NCBI GenBank assembly: GCA_010909165.1 | Contig: MU008176.1 | Location: 984,856-1,048,855, forward strand | Source of the DNA: Anthoceros angustus | Taxonomy: Eukaryota; Plantae; Anthocerotophyta | Length of the DNA stretch: 64,000 nucleotides | Reading direction: 5' to 3' | In this document: one piece after another, positions 11,780 to 23,900 of the stretch | How the letters are laid out: every line of letters begins with the position of its first letter | Numbering within the stretch: position 1 is the first letter of the stretch | Notes under the pieces: generated by a model | What the model saw: the letters and a program-made list of their open reading frames with translations, nothing else | What the model was told of the DNA's origin: nothing | Database searches by the model: none | Program-made: the position numbers and the translations under genes

Positions 11780-13180
11780 AGAGATGGAAATAACTTGCAC
11801 AACTCGAGAATTACGCCACGACTCTAGCCTTCTCGTCCTTTTCCACGGTGTGTAGCGCAAACCTTGATGCCACATTGAAGCACCGCCTCAATCTGCCGAT
11901 TCTCGAGCACAATTCCAACAAGTGAATTCCTTGAACTTGCTCTCCATCGCACTCAATCATTGATTCGCCTTCCCTCCGTCTTGGCGGGCTTCATGTTTGG
12001 TATGGATCTCTCTGGACATGTGTCGGTGAGATTCCACGGGCGATTCTCCTTTCGGCGCTGATTTTCTCGAACCCTTGCCTCCTCAAGGTGCTCAGAGCGC
12101 GCGATCTTCAGCACTCCCTTCCGCTCTGCGGGTTTTGGTGCTTCCTGAGAGGACAATTCCTCTGTCTCCTCCCACATCTCGCGCCTGTGCTCAATTTGAG
12201 CACTGGAAGCCATCCTTCTGTCCTGACCATCTCGCCGCGGCTTGCTGGCCTCCTTCTCTTAGCGAGATGGAAATAACACTGCGAGAATTCGATTTACGCC
12301 ACGACTCTAGCCTTCGTCCTTTTCCACACGGTGTAGCGCAAACCTTGATGCCACATTGAAGCACCGCCTCCAATCCGCTGATTCACGAGCACAATTCCAA
12401 GTGAATTCCTTGAACTTGCTCTCGCACTTTTCGAATCATTGATTCGCCTTCCCTCCGTCTTGGCGGGCTTCATGTTTGGTATGGATCTCTCTGGACATGT
12501 GTGAGATTCCACGGCGATTCTCCTTTCGGTGATTTTCTCGAACCCTTGCCTCCTCAAGGTGCTCGAGCGATCTTCAGCACTCCTTCCGCTCTGCGGTTTG
12601 GTGCTTCCCGAGAGGACAATTCCTCTGCCTCTTCCCACATCTCGTGCCGTGCTCAATTTGAGCCTTTGGAAGCCATCTGCTCGACCGACCATCTCGCCCG
12701 CTTGCTGGCCTCCTTCTCTTAGCGAGATGGAAATAACACTGCGAGAATTCGATTTACGCCACGACTCTAGCCTTCGTCCTTTTCCACACGGTGTAGCTGC
12801 AAACCTTGATACCACATTGAAGCACCGCCTCCAATCCACTGCTGATTCCTGAGCATAATTCCAACAGGTGAATTCCTTCAGAACTTGCTCTCCATCGCAC
12901 TACCGAATCATTGATTCGCCTTCCCTCCGTCTTGGCGGGCTTCATGTTTGGTATGGATCTCTCTGGACATGTGTGTGAGATTCCACGGCGATTCTCCTTT
13001 GGTGATTTTCTCGAACCCTTGCCTCCTCAAGGTGCTCGAGGCCGCGATCTTGACTCCCTTTCCGCTCTGCGGGTTTGATTCTTCACGAGAGGACAATTCC
13101 TCTGTCTCCTCCCACATCTCGTGTGCTCAATTTGAGCCTTTGGAAGCCATCTGTCTGACCATCTCGCCCGCTGGCCTCCT
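11780..13180. repeat. About 475-bp unit in roughly 3 tandem copies between protease and RT
   Basis: atcattgattcgccttccctccgtcttggcgggcttcatg at 11956, 12435 and 12907. Confidence 0.9.
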
Positions 13181-13610
13181 TCGATCTTATCGCTCTTACG
13201 CCACTTTTGCTCATGTTCAAGGAATAGTTGCACCGCGAAATCCCTTGCTTCCACAGCGGTCGATAGAAGGCTTCTTCATACAGTGGATCAACTCCCATGG
13301 CAGGGCCATGTGTAGCATCCGCTCCTAACAGCACATCGTAGGACGTGGCACAGGTCACCAAACACTGAACCTCCATTGTGGTCGCATCCTCTGTGCCTGG
13401 CTTCAACTCGATCTTGATCGGTTTCCTGGTCATCCCCATCACCATTTCCTTCGTTCCTGCGGAAGTAGTGATGCTTACATCGCTTGGTACCAGCTTGCTG
13501 CCATATAGCTTGAGAGCGACTCCGAGCTCCCAACAATCTTGGATCGCTCCGGTGTCCACCAAAGACATTGATGGTGCAACCAAAGGTAATTTCCCGGTTT
13601 CTGTTGTCAA
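13083..13610 (-). CDS. Retroviral-type aspartic protease
   Basis: SLVDTGA catalytic motif and a downstream SYDVLLG motif. Confidence 0.85.
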   Translation of the reverse strand: MTTETGKLPLVAPSMSLVDTGAIQDCWELGVALKLYGSKLVPSDVSITTSAGTKEMVMGMTRKPIKIELKPGTEDATTMEVQCLVTCATSYDVLLGADATHGPAMGVDPLYEEAFYRPLWKQGISRCNYSLNMSKSGVRAIRSKEASGRDGQTDGFQRLKLSTRDVGGDRGIVLS

Positions 13611-14094
13611 TCATGGCAACACCTCCTTTACCCCGACGTTCAGGCTTTAGATGGTCTCCTCGCAGGCACATCAAGCTACGAACTGGACTTCTCGGTTCTA
13701 TCTCTTTCCTGATCCATTCCTCATGATCTTCTTGAAATGTGAACTCTTGAGTCCAAGTTCCAGCAAATTGACCACAGGAACCTCCATGGCCTTCTCCAAC
13801 AGTGCTTCTACATCCACCTCCGGGTTAGAAGCCACTGCAATAGTACCATCATCCACTTGCCTAAAACTTTCGGGCATTTTGCTTTGCTCTCGTTCGACGT
13901 GTCCTTGGCGGTAACCCCTTCTCCGAGGTCAAGTGCGGTCTTCTTCTTCTTCTTGCGAATCGCCATGCCATACACTTCTTCATCCGAGTCGAGAGAAAGA
14001 ATGCGTGACTCGACTGCGGCCATGTTAGCCATACCGCATCTCTTCAACTTGCGCAAGAAGAGCCTTGCGACTAGGGCCCTTGCCCTTCTCCTTT

Positions 14095-14939
14095 TCACTG
14101 CCCATTACCTTGGGCTTGAGCTCTGGATGAGCCTCCCAACATGCGGCCTCTATGTGGCCCCATCGACCACAAGCCTTGCAAACCTCCTTGCCCTTGGGCC
14201 TCCAGTCTCAAGTCACATTCAAATGACTTGTGTGCACCACGGCACCTACCACATTTGATGGCCGCGACTGCGTTGTTGGTCTCTCCTTGGTGATTGTTTG
14301 CTGACTGAGTGCCCAAACCGGCCGACTTATCTTGGAATCTGGATCCTCCTTGTCCAGAGCCGTAAGAAGTGCTGCTTCTGATCAAATTGTGATCCTCTAG
14401 GTATGCTTGACTGACAGCATCCCCCTTTAGCACCTTCTCCGCAATCTTGTAGGCGTCAGTCAAACCATACTTTTCTCCATGAGCACCATGAAGAGCATCC
14501 ATTACCTTCCTTTGTTGTCTGGCTGGCATCGCAGCCATGAAAATTTCAGCAGCCTCCCGCATGGTCTTCACATCCGTGTCCTCCACCAAGATCTTGATCG
14601 ATGTATGACGCCTCGGTCTCATTGGACTTGAAGCTAAAGCAGTCGACTCTGAATCTTCTCCAAGGACGATGTTGGAAACATGTCCTTCAATCTTTCAAAC
14701 ATGAGATCAACCAAATGCTCTAGCTCGTCTTCCTTGACGAGCGGTGAGTTTGCGCGCAACTCCTGCCGCAAGTTCTGCTCGTTTCTCCGCCGATGCCAAG
14801 ATGTCCTTCTTCGTCTGTAGTACATCAACGCCTCACGCGGATATTCGACATCTTCATGAGTGCCATTCTGGGTGAACTGATCCTTGTACTTCATCTTGTT
14901 TTCGCCATTCCCAGTGAACTTCTCCTCAAAATCCGCCAT
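14095..14939 (-). pseudogene. Gag with two zinc knuckles (frameshifted)
   Basis: CGRCRGAHKSFEC in ORF 14095-14622, and CKACGRWGHIEAAC followed by WEAHPELKP in the adjacent frame. Helical capsid-like ORF at 14634-14939. Confidence 0.75.
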
Positions 14940-15034
14940 GATATGCTCCCATGTTTTCCGGTGAAAACATCATTCTTGCTGGGCGTACTCTCCAGTTCCA
15001 TTTGAATCGGCTCTTCGCTCCAGTCTCCAAACTG

Positions 15035-15815
15035 AGATCTCGTGATGGGCGTGTTGTCTCTGTCTTGGTCAGGCGTCCTTTTGAAAGGTGATCCGTGGAT
15101 CTTTTGTCCCTTTCTAGACGATGACGGAGCAGGTGTCCCCTCGTTACTCCAGCCTGACCTCAAAAATACCATCAGTCAGAAATCCGCCTATGCTTGACAA
15201 TCTGAGGAATGTTGTCAAACGGCAATCCTCGCCCAACTGCCCAACTAGCTAAGAAAAACAGAGTGTCTACAGTTTCTATCCAGAGACGTTCCCACACATA
15301 TGCAGGACTCTGTCTGGTGAGCCTAGCCAACTCTGCAATGGTCAGATTCGGACTACAACGAAGCTGCGTGAAATCGATGGTAGAATTCCTATCCATCAGA
15401 AGTCATTCAGCTTATCTGGTGGAGCCTCCGTTCTTCGCTCCGGTCTCAAGCGAGATCTCGTGATGGGCGTGTTGTCTGTCTTGGTCGGCGTCCTTTTGAA
15501 AGGTGATCCGTGGATCTTTTGTCCCTTTCTAGGCGATGGCGGGCGGTGTCCCTCGTTACTCGGCTGACCTCAAAAATACCATCAATCCGCCTATGCTTGT
15601 GAGGAATGTTGTCAAGCGGCAATCCTCGCCAAGCCAACTAGCTAAGAAAAAGCAGTGTCTCTGGTTTCTATCCGAGCGCTCCCACATATGCGAGGACTCT
15701 GTCCGTGAGCCTAGCCAACTCGCAATGGTCGATTCGGACTACAAGGCTGCGTGAAATCGATGGTAGAATTCCTATCCATCGAAGTCATTCACTTATCTGG
15801 TGGAGCCTCCGTTCT
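15035..15815. repeat. About 400-bp tandem duplication in the gag 5' region
   Basis: gatctcgtgatgggcgtgttgtct at about 15038 and 15454. Both copies end in ggagcctccgttctt. Confidence 0.85.
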
Positions 15816-15945
15816 TGGCGCTCCGCCATGGACGTAGTCGCTCCACTGGAAGATGATCGATTTCCGCCTCCTCCGGCCTCTCGGCGCCACAATGTCCTCC
15901 AATGCGCCTGCCTCGCCTCCAAGCAAATAAGGGATTGTAGATGTG

Positions 15946-16514
15946 GTGAGATCAAGTTGGTTGCACGAGGCTCCCACTTGATAGGTTCCCAAAAGTCACA
16001 AGAGAGAAATGAGACAAGTAGGGACAAGTATGGCTGCCTTTCCATTCGGACAAACATCTACAATCCAAGAATCCATGGTGGCGCCACATATATAGGCAAA
16101 ACCCCGTGAGTTCTCGATGAAGTGCCTCCTCGTTCTCGATGGTAGGCACTTTAGGTATATTATAATCCTACTTTCCTTGGCCTTGAATAATAATAATGTT
16201 TATGAGTTCAACCATCTATTCGCCCTTTTCCTTGATTTACGATTTTTATGTGTTTTCAATATAGTTCGATGCCTATATATCGTCCTTTGCCATGCCCATA
16301 CATAACCATGATTGCATGTGTCATGACACATCGTCCGTTAACATGTCCACATACATCACATGTCATCCATCCGTCATGCATACATACCATGTGCATGCCA
16401 TCCATGGCGATGCACATGCCATCACATGCACGCATCCAAATCAAGTGGCTTATGCCAAATGGGATGCCAATCGTCGTTGTTTCCATCGGTCTTGCTACTG
16501 TCGATTCGAACAAG
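15946..16514. repeat. LTR-like repeat X, right copy (putative 5' LTR of the minus-strand element)
   Basis: Begins gtgagatcaagttggttgc and ends gattcgaacaag. Matches the left copies and sits immediately upstream of the gag leader on the minus strand. Confidence 0.6.
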
Positions 16515-16596
16515 GCGTAACGACTCCCCATCTTTGCCTAAGCTAGAGCTTAGCTCTCTCCCTCGATCTCCTCCTCAGCCTCTCGTCCTTGCGCTC

Positions 16597-16770
16597 ACAC
16601 TCTAGGCTCCCAAGCCCTCTAGGCTCCAAAGTCCTATCCTCACAAGAGTGTAGCTCCCAAGTGCCGCAAGTGCTAGGATCCTTCTAGACATGTTTACACT
16701 CTAGGCTCCCAAGGCCTCTAGGCTCCAAAGTCCTATCCTCAAGAGTGTAGCTCCCCATGCTAGGATCACA
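16597..16770. repeat. About 98-bp tandem duplication
   Basis: acactctaggctcccaag.cctctaggctccaaagtcctatcctc occurs twice. Confidence 0.8.
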
Positions 16771-17143
16771 AAATGCTTCTCTAGGACTAGCCTCATCTTC
16801 TTTTGTAGGGAGGTTTGCTTAAAGCAGACTTTCTTCCAAAAGCCCTAAGCTAAGTCTTACCACCACTACTTACAACTTACTAACTAGATCCAGGGCTGCA
16901 TGCTTGTCATGCAAGGCTTCTTACTCTTTTCTCTTTTTGGCGCTGGGGGTGTACCCAAAAAAGGTTGTACCAAAGAGGACACAGTGTGGTCTTTTTCGTT
17001 TCTTCCCCGTCCCGATCTCCTTTTTCCATTCCTTCCCTCCTTCCTCTCTCCACTCTGCTTACCCCCTTACGCTCAAAGTGCCGATTGCAACGAAGGATGG
17101 AGCACCAAGGAGAGCAACGGCGCCGGAGCTCGGTGGCGCAATA

Positions 17144-17288
17144 GCACGGCGGCAGGGCGATGCTGCAGGAGCACGGTGACAGGGCGATGCTGGAGGAGCA
17201 CGGCGGCAGGGTGATGCTGCAGGAGCACGGCGGCAGGGTGATGCTGCAGGAGCACGGCGGCAGGGTAATGCTGCAGGAGCACGGCGGC
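17144..17288. repeat. 27-bp GC-rich minisatellite, about 5 copies
   Basis: ggtgatgctgcaggagcacggcggcag units, giving MLQEHGGRV repeats in translation. Confidence 0.9.
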
Positions 17289-17533
17289 GCCGCCGTGCCC
17301 CTGATCCCGGCGTGCCGGCAGATGGCGGCCGGCGAGGTGGAGCGCGGCTTCGCCGCGGGCGTTGGTGGGCGAGAGGAGGTGCACAGCGTGGCGTGGGTGT
17401 GTGGGGCGGGGTTGCGGGCATGGTGGCGCACCTGCGATGTCGGTGCGTGACCTAGATCCAGCGCCATCCCCCGCCCCCTGAAGATGGACCGTCACTCCTA
17501 CCTCAGGACCGACATGGTGCAAGCTTAGAACCG

Positions 17534-18830
17534 TTGGAGCCCTCGAATCTCGTGGCGCAGGCTGACTCTGCCATCTCTCAGTCTTCGTGTTACGCTGTGC
17601 TGAATCCGTGTACAGCTAAGGAGGGAAGTTGCAGGGGGCCGTGGATGTGTTTACCAGGATCAGAAGGGAAGGCGCACGGGAGATGCACAGGCCTGTGGAG
17701 GCACTGGTTCCTTACGGAAGGGCAGGCAGCTGCACTTATAGATGTGGGAAGAGGACTGCTGGATAATGTATTGTCGGGCAACTGCCTTGTGGACATGTAT
17801 GCAAAACGTGGTGAACTGGAAGATGGTGGCCAGGTTTTCCACAGCACGGCCACAGCGGATGTAGTGACAAAGACGTGCAGACTGCTGGGTTTGCACATGT
17901 GGCGATCTGAAAGATGCACGCCACGGTTTTGACAGCATGAACATGAAGGATGTGGTGACATGGACTGCCCTGATTGCCAGGCCTTTGCAAGCACGGGTGC
18001 CTTTCAGAAGGGCTGGCAGCTGATTGCTAGGTATGCAAATGTGGTGAACTGAAAGATGCACGGCAGGTTTTCCACAGCATGAACATAAGGAATGAATGTG
18101 GTGACATGAACTGCCCTGATTGCTTGGTATGCATCAGCAAGGAATCAGTCAAGAGGCTCTTGTCCTGTGTGAACAACTGGAGCGAGAAGGCCTCAATTGA
18201 GCTGACCATGCTACTTTTGCTTGCCTTCTGAAGTCCTGTGCAAGCACGGGTGCCCTTTGGTGGGGCAGGCAGGAGCACTCACAGACTGGGGAAAGAGGAT
18301 TGCTGGATAACGCACTGGTGGGGAACTCTCTGGTGGACATGTATGCAAATGTGGTGAACTAGAAGGTGCATGCCAGGATTTTGACAGCATGAACGCAAAG
18401 GGATGTGGTGACACGGAATGTCCTGATATCTGGCTATGGTGCTAATGATGGTCACACAACACTGGCTTGTTTGCAGGAGATGTTAGTTGCAGATGTCGAG
18501 CCTGATGGTGCTACTTTTACTTGCCTTCCAGCAGCATGCAGTCATGAGGGACTGGTAGGAAGTTGTCCGATTATCAGATTCATGATGACAGGCTTCCAGA
18601 TGCAGCACAAAAGAAGGCAGGGTGCATCAGAGCGGAGGCATGCTGCATGACGTAGTGGTGGGCACCTGCCTGGTGGACTCGTATGCAATGTGTGATGAAT
18701 TGGAAGACGCACGCCAGGTTTTTGACAGCTGGAACACAAAGAATGTGTGACATTGAATGCCCTGGTTGCTGGGTATGCACAGCAAGGGCTCAGACATGAG
18801 GCGTTTGATCACGGTCTCCTTGCGCCCCGT
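17534..18830 (+). pseudogene. PLS-class pentatricopeptide repeat (PPR) gene, disrupted
   Basis: Repeated PPR motifs across several frames: NCLVDMYAKRGELEDGGQVFHS, FDSMNMKDVVTWTALIA, VVTRNVLISGYG, EPDGATFTCLPAACSHEGLV. Stops and frameshifts between motifs. Confidence 0.85.
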
Positions 18831-19148
18831 TGGAATCCAGCTGGCCTGTCAGCGCATGCAGCCAAGAATCATTCAGCAAGAGGACCTCCTGAGTCTCCCC
18901 TTCCCTTGCCTGTCAATTGGCCAAAGTACGGGGTCCGAAACATAGCCTGCCCGCGATCCTTGCTGGGAGATCCTTCTCCAGCCAGCATTTCTGTTTGATG
19001 GAGTGGCTTTCTTGCAACTGAGCTGAACCTGGTGAATTCCTTGTTTGCCAATGAGGACGGTTGATTCCTTGAAGTCGGAGCGGGATTAGTATCAGGCTGG
19101 TGAAGGTGGTGCACTAGCATCTTTGCCCGTCAGAGATGCACTTATATA

Positions 19149-20330
19149 TTATGACACAGGATGAAAGGATCGGGGGTCTGGCTCCGTCTTCAAGAGTGAT
19201 GACCAACGCCTCCAACAGTGTAGGGAGCGAAATGCAACGTAGAAGGACCCCAGCTCATATCTGAGCGCTTTTCTGAGTGCAATGCTGGCTTCCAGGATTG
19301 CAATCGTTAGGTGGTGGATAGTGAAGGAGGAATATCTGACTAAAATGGATATGGGAGGAAGGGTGAGTGGTCTTCGTGTTCGCCTTGAAAACCATGTGAG
19401 AATTGCCTCACCCATCGACCAGAGAAATGTGTACTGATTTTTCTCGATGTCCTGCACAGGCAAAGGGATGGATTCACAGATGGGAGTTTGACTAGGAGGA
19501 GGAGTGGGCAAGCAACAATGAGCAAAAGGAAGCCATGCCGGAGGCTGCATTTCAGTTTGGAAGTAGAGGCGCCGTGACCCACGTGTCTCCACGGACTCCA
19601 GGAACCTGGCTAGCCAGATCATCTGATGTAGGGCAACCTGTCCTTCACACAAGTTGCCATTGCTGCCGAAAAGCAATTGCCAGACAATGAGTCGGCCTGA
19701 AAAGTCCAGGGCTACTGTCGTTTCCCTCCGCATCCCCGCACCCCCAGTCTTCTCTTCTGGATCAGCAGGCCTGGGCCTCCTTTTCACAATCGGCTCTTGC
19801 TCGGGTCCTAAGAGCCGGGTTTCGTCCAGCATGACAGGATGTCTCCAAGCTGTGCATCAAACAGGAGGACCAAAAGGCCCTAATTCTGTTAACATTCCAA
19901 GTCGAGGATACCCGTGATGTTCCTGAAACGAAGGCAGTGACGAGATTTGTTTTGGAACCCCTACTACCTTGGCATCATCCTAGATATTCTTCGCTGATGG
20001 TTGTTGATAAGTTTGATTTGGCTTCCCCTCGTTTCCTGCACATCAAGGGACCCTGTCAAGGCTATCCTGTTGATCATAAACCTGTAACGCATACTAGTTC
20101 ACATTTTGAAAGTGCTTGCAGATTGTCCGACCCTTCAACTGCTCCCGGGGAACACGGTAAGGCCACAAGCTCCTTGCCCCTAGACGCGCACAGCATTTCG
20201 CACAGCTCTTTCCGTAGCGCAAGCAGCACCATCATGAGGTACGCATTCTTCAATAGCTTCATAAACGTCACCATTTCGGTCAGGCACGGAACCGCTTCCG
20301 AGTAAGGGTACTTGGATTCACTCTTTTACC
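19149..20330 (-). other. Unidentified degenerate coding-like region
   Basis: 227-aa ORF 19149-19832 plus upstream frames. Part of the region is homologous to about 44515-44800. No domain recognised. Confidence 0.3.
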
Positions 20331-21099
20331 ACCCGCAGACATTGGCATGGGGCACATAACAAAAGAAAAGACGTAACTAAAGAAACGAGAACGCGCACGG
20401 AAAACTAAAAGAAAGGCTACCCCTGAGTGTCCACTTCGGGCAGATAAGGGGGTCGGCAGCATTTTGTTCCTATCTGCCATATTTTGTACGTATTGGATGA
20501 TTTCATACGTCTTTTTGTTGTATTCTATGTAGAAAAGGCAAGAATGTGAAACAAAATATCTTTCTTATTCTCTGTCCGTATTGATATGCCATAGAGATTA
20601 GATATACAATTATGATAAAAAATAGCTGAAATAAATATAATATAAAAATAAAAAAATCTCATTCCTAGTTGGGTAAAATCTTATAATGAGGTGGGATGAT
20701 ATCATGAGTTGAAACATAGCCATAGTTCGCGGGTTGAAATGAGATCCTAACACTTTGGATAATTTATGGTAGGTTCGATGAGACATGATACATGCATGTA
20801 GACAGGTTTGTGGTTTCTTGAAAGTATGGATATTCACTTCATGCACATAGAATGAACGCCAAGATATGGAAAAAGCTTTGCATCCGATTAAAAGGAGTTT
20901 CATATGGATAGCCAATGTATGTGGGACACGATAAGTGGTATGGGAGATGAGACGTGAGCCGAGAAGCCACCTTTTGACGTATTGCGCAGTGTAATCTTTT
21001 TGTATGGAGGAGGAAGGGAAAGGCAGGTGCAATATTTGTCCTGTTATGTCTCGAATTTCTAGGGAAGAATGAGGAATGCTGGGGGGCTCTGTTGTGTGG

Positions 21100-23900
21100 G
21101 CCCTTACACAACAAGACGCTTTACGCTTCAACTATACATGGCTTGTCCTGAGAAACCGAACCAAGCAGCGAAGGCGGTGAGAGAAGGTTAAGGTGGCGCC
21201 TTTGTGACAAACGCCAAAGCTTGGCAGCTGGGGGAGTCAACATAGAAGAACGTGCGGGCAGCCCCGACCCTCCGTTACGACGACACGCCCACTTGTGCAA
21301 GCACAAGCACAGGCCAATTCCGGCGGGCCAGCTTCGGGCCCATGTGTCGCACACACAAGGTGCCGGGAATCCTTTCAGGCAGCCGCGCGCCTGCTGTGCG
21401 TCGATTATCAAGCATCCACATCACATGGCCTGCGCGAATCTCAGCACCGGTAGCCTGGATTCCACGCCGCAGACGCAGATCTCCTTGGGAAGCCCCGACG
21501 GGTTGCTAGTGTACGTCTGCTTGAACTTCGGCTGGCTTGATTGCATCCGATTCCCTCGCTGCGGCCGGGGGCCACCATCCCCTGTCTCGGCTTGTCCGTT
21601 GCTGGAAGGGCATCTGCGCCGGGCCCCCGCCTTTCCAAGATCGCAATCGCTCGCTGCTGCCGCTGCGTGGGAATGGTTCTTCGACACTTGGGATTAGGGT
21701 AACTGATTTGGGGTTTTGCAGATTATGTGATGTCGGTTGCGCTTTCGGTTGTGATTCACAGGCTGATGTCATGCCCGGACCTGCCTGGCGCTTGCTCTGG
21801 GCTCTGCCATCGGCACGGGCAGTACGTTGCCTGACTGCCGTGTTGTCACCACCACCCTCTGCAGGCGTCAGCCATGGCAAAAGTGGCAAAAGAGAGAAGA
21901 AAAGTGGTCTCAGGCCTCAGCTCTGGTGGGCTGTGCACTGCTCTGCTCACAGTACTCCACAGCTGCTTATCGGTGAAAGCAGTGGTGGATGGTTTCTGTC
22001 ACATGTGTGAGCTTGCTGGTCACATGTGCGCGTGGTGGGTTGAGGGCTAGCAGGTCGCACACTGTCACACATCCGTGTGTGTGCGCTTCCGGGGAAAGTG
22101 CTGGGGCTGGTGTCGGTGCCGGTGCCGGACTCAGCAAGGACGTTGGCTGGGTATGTAAAGCTCTGGGCCAGGCCCAGAACTCCAGGGCCAGGCGTTCGTT
22201 CTCTAAAAGCAGAAAGAAGCGGAGGGTCTGTCAAAGACCGCGACTCCCACATTCATGAAGAGTTCGTGTGTAGCTAAAGGTTCTCCAGGCTGCCTAACGT
22301 CACGCCGGGATAGCATGGCTGCCGGGGTCCGATTGAGGCAGATGATTCCCTCATGCACCCTTCATGGGAGCGCATTCTTGTGGCTCCGGCCGAAGATGCC
22401 TGCAGGCTGCTGGTAAACCGGATGCCTCACGCATGGATCGTGAGTGCAGGGGTCTGACATGACTGCTAAATTTTCCAAGGAGGCTGTGAGCCATCCAATT
22501 TGGAGCCCGAGCTGGGATCCTGCCCTGGCTGATAGTAGGACCGTGCCTGTCTTACAGGAGCAGGCCTTTCAGCGTGTCTTCTTTGTGTCAGCTCCGGGGA
22601 CGTAGTGTCTGTGTCAAGCTGCAGATAGATTCCTTCATAAAGATTTGTTGGGTGAAGATGGAGAGGCTCAGGAGAAATGTGGTAGGATATGGAGTCGTAG
22701 TGCCCCTGCTGTGCACGGTCTTATGTGAAGACGACATGGGAGTGCATGATCAGTTGGGCAAGGGAGGGTTTTCCTATGCTGTCGCAATTGTTGCACACTG
22801 AGCGCACCGGTATGCTACCGAGGCATATTCGCATCCATGCTTTCGTCAGCTTGAGCAACGTCCCCGGGCCCTGCCCCTGTAGCTGATGCGCATTGCCAGC
22901 CCGGTCTTCTGAACAGTGCAAAATAGTTACGCGCTCGGCAGCTCGGTGGGTGCAGTGTAAAGTGCAGTGGTGTGACGAGGAAGGTCTGAGCAGATAATGC
23001 ATAATCGAGTAGTCTGGCATGCATTATGCTGGCCGCGGTGGAGATGAGCAGGAGACAGCTGCAATCTCGCAAATCCCAGCTGCAGGCCGGAGATGACCTG
23101 GTCCAGGTCCAGCGGGTCCTGCTCCTGCTCCTGCTCCTGCAGTGGATTCAAGTACAGTGTCCGTTCATCAAGGCCATGAGTGAGGATAAGCTCAAGCTCG
23201 GAGCTGTGTGTGAAATCCATGTTTTAAATGTCGGAGACTCCTGATTGCTTAACGCTGGATAAACATGAGGCTCGGCTGCAGTCCGCACGTACGAGAAGTT
23301 CAGGGCTGTGGCAGCGGGTACTACGCTTCACCAGGCGCGCACGTTGCCGTCATGCCGAAAGTGCAATTTGCTTACCAGCAGAGCAGCAGGCGCGCGCATT
23401 TTTTAAGGGCAATCTAATGCACTGCCGCCTTGCTTGCTGCCTGCCTGCAGGCTGCCGCTCACGCGGTCCATGCACCCTACCAAAAAAGCAGCAATTCCTG
23501 CCTGAGCCTCGCGATCCCGGGCTCACACAAGTTGAAGGCCGCCTGCAGCCCGGAGTTGCCACATCACATCACCCCCTTGCATGCAACCGAGGGTGTGCCG
23601 GTACATGCTGGGAGCCTGGAGGCGAGAGTTTCCAGGACCAGGCCCACAGTCGCACCTGCATGCACCACCCACCAGCATCTGCAGCAGCCTGCTGGCAGGC
23701 AAAGGCCAAGGCAAGGGCAAAGGCAAGGCAGCAGGCAAAAGATCCTCCCTGGATCCCTGTTCACATCCATCCAACTGCATCGCGCAATCCCAAGCTGCGT
23801 TGCTGCCTGGTCCATCCTTCCGGGCCGTGCTAAAACCGAAAACCAATCGCCAACCGTCCCCGCTGCCGGGCCGGGCCAAAACGCTTCTCACACAGAACTG
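21100..23900 (-). other. Possible multi-exon gene(s) of unknown product
   Basis: Exon-like segments with plausible acceptors (e.g. ctgcttttag then a ...TPGPGVLGLAQSFTYPANV frame; DPLDLDQVISGLQLGFARLQLS). Gene model not resolved. Confidence 0.25.

Larger units (their letters stand above)
4413..16514 (-). mobile_element. Ty3/gypsy LTR retrotransposon, degenerate, with PHD-finger integrase
   Basis: Minus-strand domain order gag(CCHC)-PR(DTG)-RT(YIDD)-RNaseH-INT, which is the Ty3/gypsy order. Flanked by direct repeats. Many frameshifts. Confidence 0.9.

Noticed and set aside
15920-15946. Primer-binding site, PPT and TSD for the retroelement
   Set aside because: No TGG-initiated tRNA complement next to repeat X, no clear polypurine tract, and flanks do not match, so exact LTR limits remain unproven.
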